Positions 52,158 through 62,489 of a stretch of 64,000 nt of DNA are shown here, piece by piece. Origin of the DNA: Proteromonas lacertae. Its lineage: Eukaryota. The DNA lies in the NCBI GenBank assembly GCA_002245135.1, contig NGBS01001160.1, positions 310,001-374,000 on the forward strand, given 5' to 3'. Below the pieces are notes generated by a model. It searched no databases. It saw nothing but the letters and a program-made list of their open reading frames with translations, and was not told where the DNA came from. The stretch's first letter is position 1, and each line of letters starts with the position of its first letter. Position numbers and translations under genes: made by a program.

Positions 52158-54327
52158 TTATAATCTTCTATTAAAGGTTGCCATTATCTCTCTAGCAGCA
52201 TTATTTGCTTTTGGAAGAAGAGATACCAGCATATTCTTCACATTGTTTTCATCAAATTTAGTTTTTACAATAGCTATAGAAATATACATAATTATTTTAT
52301 ACTATCAGATAATATATTATGTACAAATGTAAACATATATTCCAGAGTTTTTTCAGATGGACACGCCATGCAATATGACTTAATCTTCTTTATTACAATC
52401 TCAACCAACTGATTAGTATCAGACGTTTTATCTTTTGGTAATGGTGCTAATACAGGAGATAATACTCTACCACCACCATTAGTAATATTCATCAAAACAC
52501 CCCAAGCATTTTCACAAAATTGATCACTTCCATTCAATAGACTGGATATAATAACATCAATACCTCCATTATGATATACTTCATCTCTACAGGAAGTCTC
52601 TTCATGTGTACAATATAGCAACGAAGTAATTGCAGCTTCTGCTACTTTTTTATCACTATTTTGAACTAGTTTCAGCAATATTGGAATACCACCTACTTTA
52701 CGTAGTTCTCTTTGATTGGATATATTCATAAATAGACTATTCCTTAATGCTATTATATAATTAATATGTTTTATATCCGTTATGGATAATTGTTTTACTA
52801 ATACACTAATACCACTACATTGTCTAAAATGGTCTTGATTTTCTGGAGTTTTTCTCAATAAATTACCAAGCAAAGCAGCAGCATAATTGGATAATTTCTC
52901 ATTATTATTAGTAATCAAAGATGTAATAACAGAAATACCACCAACTTGACCTATTTCTACACAATTTTCATTTACAAAATTTGTTATATTACAAAGTGTT
53001 CCTGTACAATATAATCTGAGTTTATTATATCTATTATCATTTGGTGGACTGGATGTAATATATCGTAAAAGAGTAGTGATTCCACCTGCTGTTCTAACTG
53101 CAATCTGATTAGCTTCTACTTTTTGAACTCCATTCATTAATATACCTGAGATTAATTCTGCTAATTTCAAATGTGATGGTGGAATTAGTGATGATGTAGT
53201 TGATAATACACTTTCTGTTAAAGATATTAATAATTGCACTAAGGTTTGAATTCCATTAATTTCACATAATCTATCTTGATTCTTTTGTTCTACTACTGAT
53301 TGTAACAACATTTTAGCAGATTCTTCTCTTACAATTTTATCAGGCCATCTTATGAAGGATAATAATCGGTTTATTCCATTCTGATGCATTACACACTGTC
53401 TTAAATATAAATTCATACATGGTCTACCATATAATGATTTCTCTTGTGAATCTGATGATGTTTTGGGTGATAAATGTGTTTGTGATGACAATGTTGAATC
53501 ATCCATTTGAACAAATTTTAACCACAGTAATCTATCAGCTTCTTCTGATGTTAATACTCTATACCATTCATGATTCACTGCTTCTAATTGACAGATTGAT
53601 TCTGGAGGTAAATAATCAGCAATTTTTATTCTAATAAAAGCAGGAAATACTTCAATTGGATTGATAAATGTAAAACGTTCATAACAATATTTACATACTC
53701 TTTGCATTCTAGAAGTTGTCCTTCCATATCCTAATTCAGTTAGTGGATGTCTATATGATGTACACTTTGAACAATGTAATTGACCACATCCTCGACAATG
53801 ATGCCTTCGATGAGTAAAAGTGAAGGGTTCTTCACATACTACACAGTGATCCATGTAATTATCTGGAACCCATAGCGGTGCTGGTATGTGTGTGTTTAAT
53901 GAAGCAGATGGATCTGTCCGATTTATTAATCTTAGAGAAGAAGCTTCCATTGGAGTTAGACAATGTCTCTATGAATAAATATTAATAAATTAATTATATA
54001 CCTCCATTACAAAATATGGATAGATTACTGCTCTTGAAGGAAAATCAAGATTTGATTTTTTCATCATCTCATCTTCATCTATTCTACTATTTTTAGATAC
54101 ACAACGATAGCACACTCGTACTGGATTTTCATAACCAAGGCTAGGTAAAGGTGAATAACAATTTGAACATTTTCTACATACAATCTAATTTTAATATATT
54201 AATAGTATACTTCACCACAATTTCTACAATGATGCCGCCGATTTAGGAACGTAAATGAAGTATTACACATACTACACTGCTGAGTGTCATTATCTTGTAT
54301 CCAAGTAGGAATTTGGATTATGTTCAT
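52158..54327 (-). CDS. Tandem FYVE-FYVE + F-box + armadillo-repeat protein
   Basis: Exon 1 [16 protein letters not shown], second [21 protein letters not shown]-box-like [31 protein letters not shown] repeats (GGIxxL). Three short introns. Confidence 0.85.
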
Positions 54328-54874
54328 GTATAAATAGCAATATATGGATTATTAAGTAATAAATGATAAATAGAAAGGAAGAAAAATAAACAGATTAAAA
54401 ATCTTAGAAAAGCTTGAGTATGTCAAATTTGTTACTTTACATTTGTCAGTAAATGTAATTTTGTTGTTATTCTTTCATTATAATCATTCAGTTATATAAC
54501 TGATTTAAACAGTTTTAGCTAATTATAAAACATTAATCTAACGTACATTTAATTACATATGCTTTTTTATTATTTAAATGACGATATATTTATCACTTTT
54601 CTTATCATTATTTTTCATGTAGTAAAATTACTAATAATATTCAATTTGTTGTTACAGCATCATTTTTATCTTAGTTATAAAGAGTTATTTTGCAAATATA
54701 TTTTTAGCTTAAATACCCATAGTATTCCGGAAAGTTGCATTTTGAGTAAGTGCTCAACTTTTGAACGCGGCACTTCTAGCCATTTTTAAGCTCTAATATT
54801 GAAATTTCATTGGCTTTTTTTAATTAAACTAAACTATTCTGAGAAGTATTTTATGTTTCTACTACATCATAGAT

Positions 54875-55508
54875 TTGTGCGCCGTTGTCATAAGTGGCCA
54901 TTTGTCAACCAGACACTTTTAAAACAAACTAAATGTATATTCTTACTTGTCTTGATGAAAAATTGTTACTTTTATACTTACTTTGTTATATGACCTACCT
55001 CTGCAGTATACTTTTTTGTTAATATAAATAGTTTGAATATTTGATGCCGTTTGTTTTCTAGAAATTTTTGAAGCAGAACTAAATGCATATTTAGCTAATA
55101 TAGACTGAAATACATTAGCTGAAATGATTAGAATGTAATAATTATTAAATCTTTCTATATAAAAAAGAAATGTAAAAAGTAGGCTTAAGTGAGGCTTGAT
55201 TATGTATTTTCTTTTTTCATTTTAAATGTCTTATGATCTACATTAAGTTGTTCTAATCATTTCAGCTAATGTATTTCAGTCTATATTAGCTAAATATGCA
55301 TTTATTCTGCTTCAAAAATTTCTAGAAAACAAACGGCTCAAATATTCAAACTATTTATATTAACAAAAAAGTATACTGCAGAGGTAGGTCATATAACAAA
55401 GTAAGTATAAAAGTAACAATTTTTCATCAAGACAAGTAAGAATATACATTTAGTTTGTTTTAAAAGTGTCTGGTAGACAAACGGCCAACTATGACAAACT
55501 GCGCACAA
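54875..55508. repeat. Long inverted repeat (arms 54875-55133 and 55251-55508, 117-nt spacer)
   Basis: The right arm is the reverse complement of the left. The core is perfect apart from two 1-nt bulges, and mismatches cluster in the outer ~35 nt. Confidence 0.97.
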
Positions 55509-56347
55509 CAATAGAAGATCATCAGGAACAATTTGATCATCTTAGGTACCAGTCTATTGTACATAATATCTGTACACTAGATCTCCAGTTTTTTCTATTC
55601 TAATCTCTCTATTTAGAGAGAATACTTGAAAACAAATAAAATAAACACAAGCCAGGTTTGAACATTTTTTCATGTTTTATAAAATTTGAGCACCTGCCTC
55701 CTATAGGAAGCTAGGTCTTATTTTTGTTAATTAATTAATAAACACTATTATTTTTTAAACTGTTTGACTTATTTACTATCTGAATAACTATCTTAAGCTC
55801 TATTTCAATCGTTTATCCCATAAAAACAATTTAACTAAATCATTAAGACATATTTATTTATAACTAACTGATAATTGAACCTTTTTCATAAAAAACAAAT
55901 CATTCAAGTAAATTTTGGCAATCTTGATATCTATTCGAGGAAGTCAACATATTTTACATCTCCATAGCTTCTACTATTGCTAAATTATCACCTTATTGAA
56001 CATAATTTACTTACATTTATTAAACTACTAGCCATTGGATAAGTTAAGAATTTAGAATTATCTACTTCTCGTTTTATAATCATGAATTTTGATAATTTGC
56101 TTACTAAATCATTTCTTATATCTACAACGAAGTTATCTCTATTGAATTGTAATTGATATACTTCTACTAATCTTTTCATATATTGTAAAACTACTTCTTT
56201 TATATTCAATTTACCTCTCATGATTTAGCTTTGAATATCTCAGCTTTTATAACCATTCTTTTACATCGATAGAAAATGTTTAAGTGAATAATGGAAGGCA
56301 CAATGAAAGGCACAAACAGTTCTTTATTCATCATCCAAATAAATTAA

Positions 56348-57555
56348 TTAACCTTTAAGATGATTTAAACTATATTCTAGGATAAATCCTATTTGTTTCA
56401 ATGACATTGTCATATTATCATTATTATGATTTTGAAAATAGGATATACATATCCATTATACAATGACCGATATAAAGTTGGCTTATTTTTAAACTTATAC
56501 TTATCATCATATCCTTCATCATATGTATTAGGATTAACATTATGAAATAATGAAAATAACAAGAAATGTTTATAATTTAATGAATAACTATAACACATAA
56601 AATCAGTTATAAAAAATGTTCCTATACATTCAATGATTAAACATTTTGATGATAAAATCCATATCATATTCGTTAAACCAGATCCATGAACACTTATTAT
56701 TATTTTAGATTTCATTATTGATTCAATTTGTTCTTTAGGGACTTTTATCTTCAAAATATATTTCATTGTAATTATATTTCATTGATTTGATCATTTCTTT
56801 TATCATCTCTAGATTCGTTATACTTCTGATTCTTCCTTTCACTTTTCGACTTATTATTGATATTAAATTTTCTTTTTCTTTTACATTTTCTTTATTTATT
56901 TTATGTATTTATCCTCATCTCGATATGTCGACCTTTATTATAATTACGAAATATTCCTACCAAATCACCAATTTGCACTTCGAATATAAATATGAACAGT
57001 TTTATAACATAATAAATGATTTTTGGATTTTCTTAATAGTTTAGATATTTCTGATTGAAATGATATCTTAAATGGTTTATTATAATTATTTATCATCATT
57101 TTCAACATCATATTATTATAGGGAATTGTAGATTGTGGATTAAAATCAGCCATTATAAGATGATTCATTGGAGGATATTTATTATCATTTTGAATATTAT
57201 ATAAAAACATATTATCCAAAAAATGAGATATCATTTGATTAACATGTGATGTTGTTAAATAAATTTCTTCATTTGAATATTCATAGGATGGATTTCCTAT
57301 CAGAAAATTCGGACCAAAAATAAATCTCCAATGATGATTATGTAAGTTATTTATTATTAAATTGTATTCATTCATTTCTTTTATTGACATTATTAATCTT
57401 CCCCAATAATCATCTTCTTTTCTTGTTATACAAATATTGTTAGCAGTTATCCAATAATTTCCAGATTCTTTTACCAAGTCTTCATGAAAATCAATTGAAC
57501 TATATTCACAGTATATATATTTAGAGAGAATGAGAAAAATCAATAAAATATTCAT
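56348..57555 (-). CDS. GT61/DUF563-like glycosyltransferase, frameshifted
   Basis: Signal peptide, HFLD, IISRK..R.ITN, FEDKSPKEQI, IISVHGSGLTNMIW, IIEC. At least three frameshifts (near 56970, 56738, 56435). Confidence 0.75.
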
Positions 57556-57603
57556 TTTAATCAAATCAAATCATGAAACGGATACATATTTAATTAAAAA
57601 GAA

Positions 57604-58698
57604 ATGTTAAATTTACGACTAATCTTTACATTATTTTTCATAACTTACTTAAAACCGCAAACTTCACTTTTTATTTTTAATTATTTGTTAGTTATATTGT
57701 TAAATGTAAAAAGAATAGAATGTAAAGAAATAGAAGTGTATGTTACTCCTCATAGGGAATTTAAGAAGTATGATGAAAAACTATATATTAGAAACAATAT
57801 ATCATATCTAAAATATGAATCTGATGAAATAAAATCAAAAGATTGTGTTGTGATATCTTTAGCTTATAGCTATACATATAAGGATATTAGCACATTTATT
57901 CTATCTCTTAGAAAGTATTATGAAGGTGACACTATTCTTTTCATAAAAGAAGAAGATTATTCTTCCTATTCTGAATATATTGATAAATATAAATTAGAAT
58001 TGATTAATATTACATATAATTCTCCATTTTATTCAAATAATAATTCGCTATACAAATTTAATCAATCAGAATTATCAGATATTCCACTTTATTCATACAA
58101 AAATTACTGGCCAACATTTCGTTGGTTCATTTTCGACAAATGGCTAAGTAAATATGGATATCTATATAAGTATTATTTAATTTGTGATGCAAGAGATGTA
58201 ATATTCCAAGACAATCCATTCAGATGGAATATTAGTGAAGGAATATATTTTGGTGAACAAACAAGAGGATTTGAAATTAGTCAAAATCAACCTAATACTG
58301 AATATATGTTTTATTACAAATATGGATATAAATATGTTGATAATCTATTATTAAATGCAGGAGTAATGTTTGGTAAAAGAAAGACAATAATTGATTTTTA
58401 TCAACAATTTACAGGTTTTTTAAGAGAAAGATATATAAATACAATTGATCAAGCAGCATTGAATTATTATCTATATTCATATGGATATAAACACTTTCCA
58501 GTGTATATATGTCAAAATGAAAATGGTCCAATTCGAACTTTGCATATAGATTTCATGCTAAATAAATCAAATGCTTATCCTAAAAGTGATAATTACATAT
58601 ACAATATAGATGGATCAAAACCTATGTTAATTCACCAATATGACAGAATGATTAATAAATATGAAGAATATATTAAATATCACACAAAAATAGTATAA
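57604..58698 (+). CDS. Secreted/type II GT-A-like glycosyltransferase (paralog of 29850..30920)
   Basis: Intronless. FILSLRKYYEGD, CDARDVIFQDNPF, NAGVMFG, IDQAALNY, LIHQYDR. Confidence 0.78.
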   Translation: MLNLRLIFTLFFITYLKPQTSLFIFNYLLVILLNVKRIECKEIEVYVTPHREFKKYDEKLYIRNNISYLKYESDEIKSKDCVVISLAYSYTYKDISTFILSLRKYYEGDTILFIKEEDYSSYSEYIDKYKLELINITYNSPFYSNNNSLYKFNQSELSDIPLYSYKNYWPTFRWFIFDKWLSKYGYLYKYYLICDARDVIFQDNPFRWNISEGIYFGEQTRGFEISQNQPNTEYMFYYKYGYKYVDNLLLNAGVMFGKRKTIIDFYQQFTGFLRERYINTIDQAALNYYLYSYGYKHFPVYICQNENGPIRTLHIDFMLNKSNAYPKSDNYIYNIDGSKPMLIHQYDRMINKYEEYIKYHTKIV

Positions 58699-58728
58699 TA
58701 GTAATTGTTATGTTTTTATTCTTGTTTA

Positions 58729-61700
58729 TTAAATGCATAAATATGCAATTATTAATAATTCTATAACAATTATCCCTATCATTATCACAGCAACTCCATT
58801 TGAGAAATATCTTACAGGAGATCTAATAAAATTAAGAAATGTCTGAAGTGTCTATAAACAAAAGAATATAACAAGAATAATAATACATTTGATTTTCTAC
58901 TAAATAATTCCATTTTAATCCAAAACAAATTTCTTATTTTACTCAATATTAAAATCATCCTATTTCCATATTGATTTTTACTATCTTCATTTTCTAATAA
59001 TTCATTCAAATATTTATTTGCCAATGAATAATCAATGCCAACACCATATCCATTACTATACATATAACTCAAACTATAAGCACTTTCCAAATTACCAAAT
59101 TTATAAGCATGTAAATACATTTCCAATGCTTTTTCATAATAACTATGTGTTATATTTGTTTGCTTATCAATGTATCCTTTGTAATAAAGATCTCCAAGTC
59201 TAACACAATTGATAATATTACCTTTAATACATGATCTGTTCAAATAACTTTCACTTAAATTGAATAACATTTCTTCATTATTAATCAAATTCTGATTGAT
59301 TATTAAGTACTTATTTGATAAAATAAATCCACTATTGTGAATTGAAACATCAAAACCAAGTTCACTACTTTCAATATAATGTAATAAACTACTTACATAA
59401 TCACCATCAATATATCTTTCAAATCCTCTTCTTATAATCTCAGATATTTTACTGTGATAATAAGCAGTCGATTTCAAAAATCTATACATAATGATGTAAA
59501 ACAAACACAATATACTTAAGTGAATTTTCAGCATTTCTTTTAAAAAATTTTCCTTTATACAACTGTTCTCCCATGACAAAACAACCTGAAAATGATTGAT
59601 ATTCTAATGCAGCTCTTAACATATAGTTATATGCTTTATCATAATCACATCTAGTTCCAACACAATTCAAATACATAAAACCAGCATTGTATAATGCTTC
59701 TCCACTATTATACTCCACAGCTTTTTCAAAATATTCAAGAGCTTTAGTGAAATTTTGTTCTACATCTTCTCCTTGATAATAAATATATCCCAAACCATTA
59801 AAAGCTCTTGTTAAATTCTATTAATCATATAAATATGTTTATACCTTCTTTGCAGCTTTGTTATAATATTCCATTCCAGCAGTTACATTCTTTTCTACTC
59901 CTTCTCCCTAAATGATAATAAATAATCTAAATACTTTAATTAATAATCCAGCTAAAGCTACTTCACCAACTCCATTTCCTAGATTTGCAGCTTGTCGATA
60001 ATAATTATAAGCAATATTCTGATTTCTAATTAAACCTCTATTCCCAAAATAATATAAATCACCTAAAGTCAACATTGAATCAACATCACCCTATTATTAT
60101 TATTATTATATTCACAATTATTTGTATATACATTTGTAGCTCTAAATTTATGATATTGAACATATTCATCATCTTCTCCTCTTTGACCTTTATCAATATC
60201 TTTCACTGTATCTTCAGTAATCAAATCTACCTCATTGCGAGGTTGTTCTCCAACTGTTTCAAAAAGATTTCTTGATTCTTTTGCTACTTCATAATAATAA
60301 AAGAGTGTAGTTTCAATAGCATTAGGTTTATTCTCATAATAATTTGCTAAATAAAGATAAGCTCCATTATATCCCTGTAATGCAGCATAGTAAATACTTC
60401 CAATATTTATTGGTATATTATCTATAAAACTATGGAAAATTAGTTATACACAAAACATATTTCAATTTAGTCAATAACCAAACTGATCTTCCATCTCCAT
60501 TATTTGCTGCTGTTTTAATCAATTTATATCCTCTTTCAATATCTGGTTTAACCCAATACGTTTCAGCTGATAATATATAAAAGAAATATATATATACATT
60601 TAATTCCACATTCTCCATATAATAATATTTCACCTAATAATCCAATTGCTGGAGTAAAATTGTATGAAACAAGACTTTCTAATTCACTCAATACATATTC
60701 TGGATCATTACAGGATTTATACTTTTCTTTGACTGTCTATTATATTACTATAATATTGAGTTTTATACATCAAATGATTCTATTTGCTTTGGTAATAATG
60801 ATGGTTCAACATTGAATTTGTTTGTACAAAGCTGTATGTTTGATAATTCATCAGAATGCTTAGATCTATCCAATCAAAATGTAAGAAATAAATACAATTC
60901 ATATTGGTAATTACAATTTATCATCGAATAAGATAATACACTATTATAAACATGAATATATCCAATATATCCAGTTATTCCTAACATATATGGACTTCCT
61001 CCAATCATCATTGGATCTCCATTTGGTATAACATTTGGTATTATGAAAGAAACATCTCTCTTTCCATTTACATAGCTTGTAATTAAATATGATGAATTGT
61101 TATTGTAAATATCAACAGTAAGAGTATAGTAATACCATTGATATGGTTCAAATATATAATTTGAATTACTTCCTGTATCATATGATTCATTATTTGTTAA
61201 TCTAATAATAGACTGCCATATATCTGGATAAATAAAGAATTCAGAAATTGTTCTATAGGTTGTACCATTACCTTTGTAGAACAATATCTTATAAATTGAA
61301 TCAGCTGGTTTATTCAAATACAACCAAAATGACATTGACCAACCATGATTATCCTATATATATTATTATAATCATCATAATAATACAGGAAAGGTAGTGT
61401 TTGGTAATGCTATATACTGATTTCCATTAAATGTAATTATACCTTCATTACTGTAAATCGATGGGTATGGACAAATTATATCTGATTTTGATGAATTATC
61501 AGATGATAGAATGTATTGATTTGCAGATGTGATAGTCAAAAGATTAGGTGATGTATAAACTACAAAGTATGATATAAATATATCAATATACTATAGGTAT
61601 TTGTGATATTTTGTAGAATAAAATCAATATAATATTGATTCTCATTCAATATTCTTATTTCTTTATATCCTTTCTTTGGTATAACATATCCTTGACAAAA

Positions 61701-62430
61701 AACTTCATTTTCATATTCCTTATAATATTTCTCTGTTATATTCACTACAGTAATATGTAAATTTTCACCACTTTTAAATGAAGAAACAACTTCATTATTT
61801 CCATTAAGGAATTGTATTTTCAAAGTATCATTATCATCCCATACTCCTATATAGTTTATAGCAAATGTTGGATTTAAATCAACAGTATTTTGAAGTGCTA
61901 ATCTGTTATCAATGTCACTCTTAGTGAATGTATCATAATGAGTAACATTACATTTGAAAGAAATAGTGATTATATCATAATCTGTTAAAGTTGTTTTTGA
62001 TCTAGTATTTTTTATGCTAATATCACCTATTTTTGCTTCTTTATTGGGAAAATCTTCATCACATGCAATTCCTGGATAGGAAGCAATAAGATTTTGATTA
62101 TCAGCTAAATCTAATAATGGAATATAATAATTTGTTTGATTTTCTAAATAATTACTGGGATATTAAGAATACTTATATCATGAATTCTAAAGAATGCTTT
62201 CTCAGTACATTCAACTGGAACTCTTAAATTCCATGATATATTCATCGCTTCATATGCATTAACTTTCAATGGATGAATTAATTGAATATTCAAACTAGTA
62301 CTGTTTGTTATATCTAAATTAGTGAAATCACTGTTTGAAAAAGTAATTTCATCGGCCTATTATGTTATAAATACATGAAGCATACTATACAACAAGCAAA
62401 TAAAAATAAAACAATTATAGAACAACACAT
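58729..62430 (-). CDS. Secreted/type I membrane protein with LamG/ConA-like domain and SEL1 repeats (SEL1L3-like architecture)
   Basis: Signal peptide at ATG 62430, LamG-like WSMSFWLY...YVNG...IGGSP, SEL1 repeats (GYIYYQGEDVEQNFTKALEYFEKA), C-terminal TM. Many short introns. Confidence 0.78.
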
Positions 62431-62489
62431 TTCAAAATTTTCGTTGAATGAAAATATATCCGTTTCTTAATAATTAAAAATCATTTTAA

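Noticed and set aside
54559..54993. Short ORFs 54559-54789 and 54799-54993
   Set aside because: No domain or coding-like composition, and the second runs into the inverted-repeat arm.
32300..57000. Phase variation or programmed frameshifting in glycan genes via homopolymer slips
   Set aside because: Similar 1-nt indels occur in TOR, the kinesin tail, a TMEM62 paralog and the gene near 14302, so consensus error is more parsimonious. Read-level data are needed.
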